This document shows, piece after piece, positions 31,678-42,169 of a DNA stretch of 64,000 nt. Both the position numbers and the translations under genes were made by a program. Origin of the DNA: an uncultured delta proteobacterium (GTDB lineage Bacteria; Desulfobacterota; Desulfobacteria; Desulfobacterales; SG8-13); assembly GCA_963848135.1 (NCBI GenBank), contig CAWKCK010000003.1, forward strand, positions 124,001-188,000, written 5' to 3'. The stretch's first letter is position 1; each line of letters starts with the position of its first letter. Below the pieces are notes generated by a model. That model was given only the letters and a program-made list of their open reading frames with translations. It was not told the origin of the DNA and searched no databases.

Positions 31678-33513
31678 ATGGAAGACAACCCAATAGATTC
31701 CCCCGAATTTCTCTCCGGAGAGCGCTTCTCAATGTCGGAAAAACCGGCTGCGGCAGCCAAAGTCCCTCAGGACAATCTCTCGGCTGCAGGTGTGTTGCCA
31801 CAACGCTATGCGGTCAAGGAAATAAGGGGCAAAAAAGTACTGAACTGCCTCGAAGCCCCTAATCTTACCGTTGTAATTCAACGCGGCTTGACAGTATCGG
31901 CTGCGACCGCACGCAAATCCCCTCCCGGGACCATATTTCTGGACGGCGTCGCCCAGAGCGAACCCTTTATGGACCACGAAAAAAAAATCTATAACCTCGA
32001 CCACCACGAGGGATGTGTACGGGCGTTCACCTTCTCCAGCTGCGAGCAGGTGCTGGTCATGATCCTGAAAGGGCTCGACTTGCGTGACCGTGAATGGTTC
32101 ATCTATGCCAATGAGCCCGACCTGGATACGATCCTGGCGATCTGGTTATTATTAAACCATCAGCGCATCAGCCGCAAGGAACCGATGCATCTGCGATTTT
32201 TATATGCACTGATCCGCCTTGAGGGTGTGATCGACGCACTCGGCTTGGAACTCAAAGAGTTCAGCGGTCTGCCCCCGGAATTGATGCGAAAAACCCAGCG
32301 TGTGATAGACCATCTGCGTAAGGGCGAAATCCAACTGAAAAAAGATGGTCTCTGGGAAGAAACGGAATTTCCGGAGTACACGGCAACGATCCTGCACAAA
32401 ATCGACCGAATCATTTACAAGTCCACGGAATTCAGTGATTTCAAAGGTATTAAGGAACTTGCACGGGTAGACCTCACAGATGATCGAATTGTCGTCGTCG
32501 TCGAGGCTGATACGGGGATTTACGAAATTGAACCGCACCTGAACAAGCTTTACGGCAACCGGCTTGGCCTGGTTGTTCTGCAGAGATCCCCCGGATCATA
32601 CACTTTGAGACAGATGGACCTTTTCATGCCAGGTGATCTCGAACCGGTATATGAAAGGTTGAACTTCCTCGACTCGTCCGTGAAATGTCGTTCAGAAAAC
32701 AACCGCTGGGGCGGCTCTTCCGACATCGGCGGGTCTCCCCGCACGACCGGAACTGACCTCAAACCGCTCGATATTGCCCAAGCCTGCCGTGATGCTTTGC
32801 AGAAACCGAGCATGCGGTTGCAGGCCTCTGGATTGATGAAAGCCGCCCTGTATGTTCTAGCTATCCTGGTCCCAGCCGAGGCCTTACGACTTTTTGTGCG
32901 CCCGGATACCTGGCTGGGAGAAAACCCGAGTGGCCTGCTCAGTTACCCGGGGGTCGATGCAACCTTACTGATCATCGCTTTGACCGCTATTTTTCTGATC
33001 TTCCTGGCCTATCGCAAAACGTGGCAGTACGGCCTGACCTTGCCAATGGGCACCTCCTGGTGGCTTTTACTTCCGGGCGCCGTCTTGTGTGGTTTTTTGG
33101 GTGGTGTGTGGCTGCCGGACATTTCGTCATGGAATTTAACCGTTATTGAGAAGGTTCTCTACCTCATTCTCATCCTGCCCTTGTCCCTGGAGCTGCTGTT
33201 CAGGAGTTTGGCACATGGGGTACTGGCCCGTACGACCCGGGTTCAACATTGCAGCAGTCAATGGTTTTTATCCTGGCCGACCGTCGGCGCAGCATTTCTA
33301 TATGCCGTAACCACCAGCTATGCTATTTTCCTCGCGAGCGGTTCCCTTGAAACCGTTTTCACCGGTTGGACAACCGGAAACATCTTCGGGGCCTTTGCAT
33401 TCGGCATCGCGGTCGGATTCGTTCGGGAGCGGTCTCAGAGTTTTATTCCCGCCTATCTTTTTCATCTGCTAACCGCACTCGCATTGGCTGTTGAAATGGG
33501 GGCCCTGTGGTAA
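31678..33513 (+). CDS. Membrane protein with a soluble DHH-like N-terminal domain and a degenerate CPBP/Abi-like C-terminal domain
   Basis: IFLDG, NLDHH, EPDLD, WGGSSDIGGSPR, then about seven TM segments with LELLFR and RERSQSFIPAYLFH. Confidence 0.7.
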   Translation: MEDNPIDSPEFLSGERFSMSEKPAAAAKVPQDNLSAAGVLPQRYAVKEIRGKKVLNCLEAPNLTVVIQRGLTVSAATARKSPPGTIFLDGVAQSEPFMDHEKKIYNLDHHEGCVRAFTFSSCEQVLVMILKGLDLRDREWFIYANEPDLDTILAIWLLLNHQRISRKEPMHLRFLYALIRLEGVIDALGLELKEFSGLPPELMRKTQRVIDHLRKGEIQLKKDGLWEETEFPEYTATILHKIDRIIYKSTEFSDFKGIKELARVDLTDDRIVVVVEADTGIYEIEPHLNKLYGNRLGLVVLQRSPGSYTLRQMDLFMPGDLEPVYERLNFLDSSVKCRSENNRWGGSSDIGGSPRTTGTDLKPLDIAQACRDALQKPSMRLQASGLMKAALYVLAILVPAEALRLFVRPDTWLGENPSGLLSYPGVDATLLIIALTAIFLIFLAYRKTWQYGLTLPMGTSWWLLLPGAVLCGFLGGVWLPDISSWNLTVIEKVLYLILILPLSLELLFRSLAHGVLARTTRVQHCSSQWFLSWPTVGAAFLYAVTTSYAIFLASGSLETVFTGWTTGNIFGAFAFGIAVGFVRERSQSFIPAYLFHLLTALALAVEMGALW

Positions 33514-33599
33514 GCATCATTCGGAACGTCATATTAGAGGGAAAATAAGTCGCGGTTTTGGAAGGAAACGCAGGGGTTTTCGGCGGTACCGGCTCCTCA

Positions 33600-34055
33600 C
33601 TATTTAAAACGCTTGCGGATCGATTCTCTTTCCTTGGGTGATAAATTGTCCCAGTTATCCAACGCGCGTTCAATTTGCCGGTGCTCACCAGGGGAAAGCT
33701 GTTGCCATTCATCAAAAAGGCGTTGAAAATGTTGGCGGTCTTTGGGTGGCATCTGGTTCAGCTGGTTCATCCGGTGCCGCATGGTGTCTTTTTCCTGCGG
33801 TGTCAGAGACTGCCATTCCTGGTATTTCTTCTCGAACCCTCGCTTCTTCTTGTCGGCAGTGAGGATAGACTCCTTGTAATTTCCAATATCCTGAAGGATC
33901 GACGGGATGTTTACAGCATTCGTTGATCGCACGTTTTGTAGTGCACACCCGGCATTCGCATCGAAAAAGATAGAAACAACCGCAACCAGAACCGCGATAC
34001 CATTGCGCCGGGTACAATGGGTCAGGCGTTTAAGCCATCCGCTTTTTAATCCCAT
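33600..34055 (-). CDS. DUF3106-like exported protein
   Basis: Signal/TM segment followed by repeated W-x-x-L-[ST]-P-x-E helical units. Confidence 0.75.
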   Translation of the reverse strand: MGLKSGWLKRLTHCTRRNGIAVLVAVVSIFFDANAGCALQNVRSTNAVNIPSILQDIGNYKESILTADKKKRGFEKKYQEWQSLTPQEKDTMRHRMNQLNQMPPKDRQHFQRLFDEWQQLSPGEHRQIERALDNWDNLSPKERESIRKRFK

Positions 34056-34605
34056 ACGGAATTTCCCCCTGCGCCCCCTGGTTTTTTTGATCGGTAGAAT
34101 TTCGACCCTGAGAATCGTTGACCACTTGACTGAGTTTTTCTAGAGTGTTGAAGCTTTTCAACAGATCCAGATTCTGAATGATTTCCACATCATTTTCGGG
34201 CAATTGCTTTGAAATGTCAAGTATAGGCACCATGGGTTTTTCTAAGGTATCAAAGCGTTCGTACCCCAAAAAAGTCGTCAGCAACACCAGCAGACAGACG
34301 GTTGCAGCAGCCGGTAACCACAGCGTCCGTTTACTCAGGAAAAAATCCTGCCACCGCCGCGCTAATCGCGGTGATGCTAACTTTTGCTGCACGCCTTTCA
34401 CCAGGGTTGCCGATTCCATCATCGTCAGGGGTGGTGGAACGATATTTTCCTTTACCCGTTCAAGAATGACCTCCAGGCGCTCCTTTTCACGACGACAATC
34501 CACACAGGTTTTCAAGTGCTTATCCAATTCCGAACGTGTGTCGGCATCGAGTTCTTCGTAGACATCGAGCAGTAAATATTCGTTTTGGTCAGGGCAGGCC
34601 GGCAT
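34030..34605 (-). CDS. Zinc-binding (zf-HC2/ZAS) anti-sigma factor
   Basis: HLKTCVDC (HxxxCxxC), one TM segment, directly after the ECF sigma; AGGAGG RBS. Confidence 0.88.
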   Translation of the reverse strand: MPACPDQNEYLLLDVYEELDADTRSELDKHLKTCVDCRREKERLEVILERVKENIVPPPLTMMESATLVKGVQQKLASPRLARRWQDFFLSKRTLWLPAAATVCLLVLLTTFLGYERFDTLEKPMVPILDISKQLPENDVEIIQNLDLLKSFNTLEKLSQVVNDSQGRNSTDQKNQGAQGEIPYGIKKRMA

Positions 34606-34616
34606 GTGGTCCCTCC

Positions 34617-35294
34617 TCACTTGGCCCAATCGGCCAGTGCGCCGCGAACGATCTGGGTTGCCCTGAAAAGGTGGCTTTTCACAGTTCCTTCGGCCAGTCC
34701 CATCATTTGGGCGATCTCAGAAATTCGCATTTCTTCGAATATCTTCAATTGAAATATCATCTTTTGCCTTTCGGACAGTTGCTTTAATGCTTCATCGACT
34801 TCAGATCGGAGTTCCCGAGCATCGTGGGCGGAACCCGGGTTCGATTCAAGATCCGCACTCGGAAGGTCTTCGAGGACGTCAGAAAACCCTCTCTTATCAT
34901 CGGGGTTCGGCCGGCGGCGGAAAAACAGACGGCGCCAGCGGTTGCGACGTCTGAGAGCGTCCAGGCAGGTATTGACCAAGATCCGGTAAAACCAGGTGTA
35001 AAATGATGATTTGCCTTCAAACGTTTTTATCTTGCGAAGAGCGGTCAAGAATGCTTCCTGGGTGAGTTCCATTGCTTTTTCCCGATCTCCCGACATCATC
35101 CGCAATACAAGTGCAAAAGCCCTGTCCTGGTAACGCCTAATCAGCTGATCGGAAGCTCGGCGATCGCCAATTTTCACCCGTTCAACGAGATCATCATCGG
35201 CATCAACCCGGCCTAATGCCGGCATCGCCTGCGAGGTGCCCCTGTTTTTATGGCCGATCCTTTCGGCCGACTCGGCTCCTTTACTCTTTACCAT
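34617..35294 (-). CDS. ECF RNA polymerase sigma factor
   Basis: ELTQEAFL, SSFYTWFYRILVNTCLD, EIAQMMGLAEGTVKSHLFRA. Confidence 0.95.
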   Translation of the reverse strand: MVKSKGAESAERIGHKNRGTSQAMPALGRVDADDDLVERVKIGDRRASDQLIRRYQDRAFALVLRMMSGDREKAMELTQEAFLTALRKIKTFEGKSSFYTWFYRILVNTCLDALRRRNRWRRLFFRRRPNPDDKRGFSDVLEDLPSADLESNPGSAHDARELRSEVDEALKQLSERQKMIFQLKIFEEMRISEIAQMMGLAEGTVKSHLFRATQIVRGALADWAK

Positions 35295-35536
35295 AGGTTC
35301 CTCTGACCAGCTCCCGACCCCCGAATATCAGCTCAGAGGATAAACCGGCCGGCGGCGTCCCCCGTTCCATCTCCATGGTTACAGCATCTGCGCGTCCATC
35401 GGCAGAAATTGGCAGAGATCCCCACTGGCGTCACCAACCCCACCTATACGTTGTTCGACCACAACCCCCGTTTATGAATTCATTCTAAAAAGTGGTTTCA
35501 AAGGGTGCCAACACCTTTCCGTTCGGCTTCACATTT

Positions 35537-35565
35537 TTAGACGCTTCACCGAGCGAAAGGTTTAC
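35537..35565 (-). promoter_or_regulatory. Putative ECF-sigma promoter (autoregulatory)
   Basis: Minus strand GTAAAC-N16-CGTCTAA, the AAC/CGT pattern typical of ECF promoters, about 240 nt upstream of the sigma gene. Confidence 0.6.
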
Positions 35566-35712
35566 CCGCCAACGAATTTTTGCCAACCAGGTAAAAAGGA
35601 TACCAGCAGTTTTGATTATATACCAAGAGGATACGCAGCGCTCATCGGCCATTGTATTCGTGGCTGACCGGTCGTTTGAAGGAGGAAAAGGGGGCTGCTC
35701 AAAACCGGGTAT

Positions 35713-36817
35713 TCAATTGAAAAACTTTAAATATTCACCGTATCCCTCTTTATCCAACACATCTTTAGGAACGAATCTGAGGGCCGCGGAATTGATGCAG
35801 TATCGCAAACCGGTAGGGGGGGGACCGTCCGGGAAAAGATGTCCCAGGTGAGAGTCTCCGTGCTTGCTACGAACCTCCGTGCGAACCATGAAAAGGCTAC
35901 GGTCCTGTATTTCAACGATATTTTCTGGTTCAATCGGCTTTGTGAAACTGGGCCATCCCGTACCGGATTCAAATTTATCGACGGAACTGAACAAGGGCTC
36001 ACCGGAAACAATATCAACATAGATGCCATCTTGGTGGTTGTCCCAGAACTCATTTCGAAAAGGCGGTTCAGTTGCATCTTTCTGGGTGACCTGAAATTGC
36101 AGTGGCGTCAATTTTTGTTTCAATTCATTTTCGCCGGGTTTGGAATAGGTTTTTTCGCGTTTGGCGGTCTGTGACAACAACGGAATTGGTCTTCCAGTTT
36201 TTCTCGACAAACTGGTCTCGGCCGGAAGCATAGCGATAGTATTTATAGCGTAATGGGCTCTTTACGTGATAGTCCTGATGATACTCTTCAGCATTGTAGA
36301 AGGTCGAAAAGGGAAGAATTTCGGTGACAATCGGCACTTTGAATCGACCCGAAACCTGAAGTTCTTTTTTGGAGGACTCGGCCAACCGTTTTTGTTCCTC
36401 GTCATGGTAAAAGATGGCCGTTCGATACTGGGGCCCCCTGTCGACGAATTGGCCACCCGCATCGGTAGGATTTACATGGCGCCAGAACGCCTCCAGAAGC
36501 TCTTCGTAGGTCACCCTGTCGGGATCGAAAACGACCTGAACCGCCTCGTAATGGCCCGTTTGCCCTGAAGATACCTCTTCGTAAGTCGGGTTCTTTTCTT
36601 GCCCCCCGGTGTAGCCCGATATCACATCCACCACACCTTCGACTTTTTCGAAGTCCGATTCTGAACACCAGAAGCAACCACCGGCAAATGTTGCGGTTTC
36701 AAGACGTTTAAATGACTGATCCATGGAATTACTCTTCGCGTTTACAATGGTTAACGAACTGGAAATGAACGTTATTACAATGAGATGTCGCAGAATCGTC
36801 GAGATACTGATTTTCAT
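35713..36817 (-). CDS. msrAB: Peptide-methionine sulfoxide reductase MsrA/MsrB fusion (frameshift in the linker near 36170)
   Basis: MsrA FAGGCFWC and AEEYHQDY; Msr[18 protein letters not shown] and RYCINS. The MsrB frame lacks a convincing start. Signal-like N-terminus. Confidence 0.88.
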
Positions 36818-37062
36818 GACGCTCACCCTGATCGGATTTAATTGGTCGTTTGTTTCCCCAGCTCTTCCGATTTCAGCGCCTCGTTCCTCCCCCGGCCATT
36901 CATTGAGCGAAGCGATGACCGTTCGGTTTGGTGGGGCCTCTGTTTGGCTGAATAGACCCGCTGCAACCGGGGAATTAAACCGTGCCCCAATAAAGATGGT
37001 ATAACCATTGAATGCGAGGTTGTCAAAGGTGCCACGCTGTCTGAGTATCAGGACTTGCGGGT

Positions 37063-37998
37063 TCAATACGCGGCCTGGGCTGCATCCACGATCGCCCTGA
37101 TCGAACCGGGATAAACCCAGGTGTCGATACTGCACCCGTTGGCGAGGAAAAACCGACGACGCCCTCCCAATTGTCGGCCTTCACGAACGTGATTCTTCAG
37201 AAAACCGGGGCTGGTCCGTGCCACTAAGGTCTGATCGATACCGCCCATCACGCAACCGGAGATTCTCTCCTTAACCGCTGCGAGGGTTGGGCCTTTCGGA
37301 CCCCTGTCCCACCAGCTGAACACCCGGGCGGGAAAATCAAGACAGTCATCCATAAATAGGCTTTGGCCGTGAATGTGGACCGTATTCATTTTTCCTGAAG
37401 TTGATATGGCCGATAATACTTTCATTGCCGGCGGCTTCACAAAGGTCAGGAATTGATCACGGGTGAGAATTTCAGCGGCGGCAGGAACAGACATGAAAAT
37501 GCCGGCAGACCCGATAGCCAGGGACTTGTGGCAATAATCGATCAAGGTATCGGCCACCACATCCATTGCATCCAAAAGGGCCTCAGGGGCTTCTTCCATT
37601 AGAGCCTTCATGTTTTCACCCGCCATGTTGCGCTTGATGCTCTGCCAGGGGTCAAAGACCGTATCGATAAAATAGGCCCGATCTTTAAGTTCTCTTGCAA
37701 TTATTTCCAAGGCTCTTAACTGTCGCGCCCAATCGGTATCCTCCACATTAAGCGCGTAGAATCGCTTAAGATCCGCCGCGGTTCTGACCGATTCGAGGCC
37801 ACGGGGTAGCGGATAAAAATAATCGTTCATAACCTTGAGAAAATCAAAATCGTAGTATTGGAAATATTCCAGACTTAAGCGTGCAAATTGCTCCCCGGAA
37901 CCGTGCTGAACCCCAAAATGGTACCACAGTGACAGTGGTGCTCGATCCGGTTCGCGGTCATTCAGAACGGCATCGACCCGTTCGCGTTTGTTCGTCAT
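37063..37998 (-). CDS. Uroporphyrinogen decarboxylase/MtaA-CmuA superfamily protein
   Basis: MTNKRERV...PDRAP start, VHIHG, VMGGID, FFLANGCSI. Confidence 0.82.
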   Translation of the reverse strand: MTNKRERVDAVLNDREPDRAPLSLWYHFGVQHGSGEQFARLSLEYFQYYDFDFLKVMNDYFYPLPRGLESVRTAADLKRFYALNVEDTDWARQLRALEIIARELKDRAYFIDTVFDPWQSIKRNMAGENMKALMEEAPEALLDAMDVVADTLIDYCHKSLAIGSAGIFMSVPAAAEILTRDQFLTFVKPPAMKVLSAISTSGKMNTVHIHGQSLFMDDCLDFPARVFSWWDRGPKGPTLAAVKERISGCVMGGIDQTLVARTSPGFLKNHVREGRQLGGRRRFFLANGCSIDTWVYPGSIRAIVDAAQAAY

Positions 37999-38409
37999 TT
38001 ATAGATTTTCCTTTTCGTAGACATTGCAGATGCAGCATAGGAAGGTCGCCGGTTCAGTAGCGCTGATGTTCTTCATTCCGTGTGGCTCCAGGCTGGGAAT
38101 ATATATCGAAACCCCCGGTTCGCAGACCACGGTCTTGACCGGTTTGTCGGTTTGGGGATCATACTGGTAGCATTCGAAACGTCCGCTGATGATATACATG
38201 GTTTGGCTGTAAAAATGGTTGTGAATCGGAATTTCACCCCCGGGTTGGGCGGTAAAATACCTCAGCCCGTATTCGGGTTGCCCCATATCATCTTCCCCGG
38301 CTTTTGATAGCCAGCGTACACTGATGCCACTGACATCGAGCGGTTTTCCGCGGTAGGGGAATTTTTCTATCTTTATTTCTTGGCAATCTTTCATCTTAAC
38401 GACTTCCAT
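37999..38409 (-). CDS. Cupin domain protein
   Basis: PGGEIPIHNH...MYIISG...YIPSLEPHGMKN; abuts the UROD-like gene. Confidence 0.85.
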   Translation of the reverse strand: MEVVKMKDCQEIKIEKFPYRGKPLDVSGISVRWLSKAGEDDMGQPEYGLRYFTAQPGGEIPIHNHFYSQTMYIISGRFECYQYDPQTDKPVKTVVCEPGVSIYIPSLEPHGMKNISATEPATFLCCICNVYEKENL

Positions 38410-38626
38410 GGCTCCTCCTAAGCGTCAGTCGATTCGATTCCTTAATTTTTTCATCGACCAACCGTTGGCGAATGGGAGCGCCGGCGGCTTCGAGCACTCC
38501 ATTGACGATCCGCTATCTCAAAAATCAGATGGTTTCCAAGAATATAGGCCGAAAAAACGCATGCCTGGGAACTCTTAAGAAACCATTTCTTCCAGAATCC
38601 ACGGGCCAGCACAAGCCCGTTCGGCC

Positions 38627-40348
38627 TCAAGCGCCTGCGGCACTGACCCCGATGGCATTCTTACCCCTTTTCTTTATGGCGAACATGGCTTTATCGGCCA
38701 AGGCAAGCAACGAAGTACGATCGGCAGCGTCTTCCGGAAAGGTTGCCACCCCGAAGCTCGCGTTGAGGTGCACGCTGTGCCCCTGCTCCTCGAGATAGGT
38801 GGTCTCCCGCATGCGGGCTTGTATCTCTTTGGTCTTCGCTAAGGCCTGCGATTTATCTGAACCGGGCAGGACGACGACGAATTCATCGCCGCCATAGGCC
38901 ACGCCGAATGCCGGTTCAATCAAGGCACTCATTATCGTCGCCGCCACTTCCTGTAATGCCCGGCTACCGTTTAGATGGCCATAGGTGTCGACCACATACT
39001 TGAAATTGTCCATGTCCATGAAGATCAGTGAGAACGGCATACCAGAGGCCTCACTTTCGAGGATCAGATCGGCCAATGCCTTATACATGTAACGCGTATT
39101 GTAAAGTCCGGTAAGGTTGTCGTGAATCGACAACTGACGGAAATTCTCTTCACTTTTGCGGAGTTCTTCTTCCGCCAGCTTCTTGGCCGTGTTGTCGATG
39201 GCAATACCCTCGATCAACGGATCGCCGCCATCGCCGTCGGTCAGTCTGACGTTGAACAGCAACCAGATGGGTTGTCCATCTCGGCGTTTCAGTTTGACTT
39301 CATAATTGGCCAGTACGCCATTCGACTTCAAGGTCTCGATGAATTTCTGGCTCTCATCGTCGCTGAATTGCAAGGCCGAAAACTCACCACGCTGGGCCAA
39401 AACCTCAGCCGGGGAATCGAAGCCCAGGATCCGAGCATAAGAAGGATTGGCCCTTATCAGCCTCCCGGAAAGAGTACTCTGGAACATTCCCTGTACGGCG
39501 TTTTGATACATGCGTCGATAACGCTCTTCCGCTCGTCCCAATCGCTCGCGTACGATTTTCAGTTCTGTTAAATCAGACAGGAACGCCACGTACCCGGTAA
39601 TCTCTCTCTGCTCGGTTCGCAGTGTACTTCGGTTGTAAAGGAGAGGGATATCACCACCCTGCTTGACAGCAAAGAGAGCCTCGAAGCTAAAGTGGTCGCG
39701 GTCGGCTGAATAGAACACGACAGATTGGCTGTTATAGAGTGACTCCGGTTGCTTTCCGATGAGTCTATCGCGCCCACAGCCAAGCATTTTCAACAAGGAC
39801 TGATTCACGTCGATAATCGAGAACTCTTTATCCATCAGGATGTAACCGCCCGAAGTTGAATCGATGACGCTACGGTACCTCTTCTCACTTTGGCGAAGTT
39901 CGTCCTCAGCCACCTTGCGGCGTGTCATGTCCGTCATGAAAAAGAAAACTGCCGGGTCAACATCCTCTGAGAACCGGGAAATCCTTAAATTGACCCACTT
40001 GATATTACCGGAGCGATCGACGACTCTGACCGGCGGCACCCGGACACTCCCACCGCTTTCGATGGCGGAAGCATATTCCTGCATCACGAGTGGACGGTCA
40101 TCGGCATGAATAAACGGCTCAATCGTATGACCGATCAACTTGTGTTCCGCTATTCCAAAAAGTTCTTCGGCCTTGGGATTGGCAAACACGATTTCATTTT
40201 TCCGGGCCACCAGTATCGCCTCGCTCGCATGCTCGATCAGTGTCCGATACAATGGCAGAACCTCCGTGGCGGCCAGACATTTGGCAGCCTCGGCCTCCAA
40301 AGTGGCAAATTTGTTTCTAAGGTCTTTGCAGTTTGGGTTATGAGCCAT
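38627..40348 (-). CDS. PAS-domain diguanylate cyclase
   Basis: Three PAS domains; DNLTGLYN, DMDNFKYVVDTYGH, YGGDEF. Confidence 0.93.
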   Translation of the reverse strand: MAHNPNCKDLRNKFATLEAEAAKCLAATEVLPLYRTLIEHASEAILVARKNEIVFANPKAEELFGIAEHKLIGHTIEPFIHADDRPLVMQEYASAIESGGSVRVPPVRVVDRSGNIKWVNLRISRFSEDVDPAVFFFMTDMTRRKVAEDELRQSEKRYRSVIDSTSGGYILMDKEFSIIDVNQSLLKMLGCGRDRLIGKQPESLYNSQSVVFYSADRDHFSFEALFAVKQGGDIPLLYNRSTLRTEQREITGYVAFLSDLTELKIVRERLGRAEERYRRMYQNAVQGMFQSTLSGRLIRANPSYARILGFDSPAEVLAQRGEFSALQFSDDESQKFIETLKSNGVLANYEVKLKRRDGQPIWLLFNVRLTDGDGGDPLIEGIAIDNTAKKLAEEELRKSEENFRQLSIHDNLTGLYNTRYMYKALADLILESEASGMPFSLIFMDMDNFKYVVDTYGHLNGSRALQEVAATIMSALIEPAFGVAYGGDEFVVVLPGSDKSQALAKTKEIQARMRETTYLEEQGHSVHLNASFGVATFPEDAADRTSLLALADKAMFAIKKRGKNAIGVSAAGA

Positions 40349-40612
40349 TCATGGGTCTCCTGCCCTGAACCGTCTTTTCGATCCGAAATGGATCCTTCTT
40401 TACCGCAGCATTGAAAATTTCGGAGAAATATACCCTGCGGCATTGTATCGTGTGGTGTAAGAGAATATTATGCCGTTCCAAAATGATTCAAGACTGTACG
40501 GGTAATTTTCTGGCCGAAAGGCAGTTGCATGGCAGAATCACTCAGTGCATCCACGATAGCGGCAGCTGGCAATCATCATTATCGGTTACCTGAGCGATGT
40601 CCGCTGGTCATA

Positions 40613-42097
40613 TCACCTCTCAGCAACGATCCGTCGGCGAGACCATTCATACAAAGCGACGGTGGCGGCGGCAGCGGCGTTCAAGGATTCAACACCGGTT
40701 TCAATCGGTATTCGCCAGGCGGCCTTACGCCAGCTTTCCGGCAACCCGTGCCCCTCGAGCCCGACCAAAAGACCAAAATCGGGAGGATAGACTGCCGAAC
40801 GAATATCGCAACCTTCCGCTGAAAGCGCCACGATCGGCAATCCCTCGGGAAGTTCGTTTATGGAAGGACCATTCCGCAACCGCACCGAAAGTACCGCTCC
40901 GCCAGAGGCTCTCAAGGACTTGGGGTGAAACGGATGGGCGCTCTCGGTCAGCAGGATCACCTGCTTGATGCCGAATGCCGCCGCCGATCGGATAACGGCC
41001 CCGACATTTTCAGGGTCCTGGAAAGGGATCAGTAGGTTGCAGCCTTCCCGAAATCCGTCTTCCGGTCGCCAGGAGCGAATTTCGGGAAACCTCAGCAGGA
41101 GCAAGGGCATGTGCGTTCCGGATACATCGAGATGGTGAAATAGCCCGGGAGCCATTTGGAACCAGCTCATATTGTTCGGTCCGTCTGCCGGTGGCGGATG
41201 TCTGTCACCGGCACTTATCCATGCCTCACAGCTTTGCGGAAATCGGTACAAGATTTCTGCAATCGGTTTGCTACCGGCAACCAAGGCTCTGCCGGCTTTC
41301 TTGATTCCGCGGCTGTTCAACAGTTTTTTCAAGCTCTTGAAACGAGGGTTCTGCTCACTCTCGATTATTAGTACCGGAAATCGCAACATGGCTCTGGACT
41401 TTTGAATATAGTGCGGTTGGTCCAAACGCTCGAACACTACCAACCGCCGATGGTGCCGCGTCTGCGGAATCACATAGGGGTGGTCCATAACCAAGTCATA
41501 ATTAGACCGCGGACCGTAACGAACTTTTTTCAGCTCGATATCGCAGCCGGGCCCTTTCATGAAAATCACCTTTCCGCCGGAGGATAAACAGCCGCGCACT
41601 CGCTCCAGGGTCTTCGACATTTCTTCCACTGCCCGGGTTATGACACCGGCAACCGGTTCCTGAAACTCTAAATCGATTTTCTTTTCGATAACCCGAACAC
41701 CCTGCAGGTTCAAATTCCCGATCGTTTTATTAAGGAAATCCAAACGCTTGCGACGGCTTTCGGCCAGCAGAATTTCCATTTGAGGTCGAAAAATTTTGAG
41801 GGGAATTCCCGGCATTCCGGCACCGGTTCCCAAATCGAGTAACGGGCTGGGAAGCTGCAGCAGATTCGCCGGAAGGATCGAATCCACGTAAAGCTTAATG
41901 ACCATGTTCTCGAAATTGTGTATGCGTGTTAGATTGAGCTCAGGGTTGAACTGTCGCAGCTGCAAATGATAGGCCCATATTTGCTGCAGTTGCAAGTCTG
42001 TCAGCCACACGCCGGACCGCTCGAACAATGCGCCCATTTGCTGAAGGTTCGGTGCCCCGGGCTCAGCGGGTGAAAATTGATCTTTAGTGGCCATCAT
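40613..42097 (-). CDS. rsmG: RsmG (16S m7G527 methyltransferase) fused to a TrmH/SpoU RNA methyltransferase
   Basis: NLTRI, LLDLGTGAGMPGIPL, VITRA, FMKG; then QDPENVGAVIRSAAAFG, VGLEGHGL, VESLNAAAA. Confidence 0.9.
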   Translation of the reverse strand: MMATKDQFSPAEPGAPNLQQMGALFERSGVWLTDLQLQQIWAYHLQLRQFNPELNLTRIHNFENMVIKLYVDSILPANLLQLPSPLLDLGTGAGMPGIPLKIFRPQMEILLAESRRKRLDFLNKTIGNLNLQGVRVIEKKIDLEFQEPVAGVITRAVEEMSKTLERVRGCLSSGGKVIFMKGPGCDIELKKVRYGPRSNYDLVMDHPYVIPQTRHHRRLVVFERLDQPHYIQKSRAMLRFPVLIIESEQNPRFKSLKKLLNSRGIKKAGRALVAGSKPIAEILYRFPQSCEAWISAGDRHPPPADGPNNMSWFQMAPGLFHHLDVSGTHMPLLLLRFPEIRSWRPEDGFREGCNLLIPFQDPENVGAVIRSAAAFGIKQVILLTESAHPFHPKSLRASGGAVLSVRLRNGPSINELPEGLPIVALSAEGCDIRSAVYPPDFGLLVGLEGHGLPESWRKAAWRIPIETGVESLNAAAAATVALYEWSRRRIVAER

Positions 42098-42169
42098 GAT
42101 ATTGCGTGCAAAGGTTAAATAATCGATTGATTATCACAAGAGTGCACCCGAAAGCACACCGATACCGAT

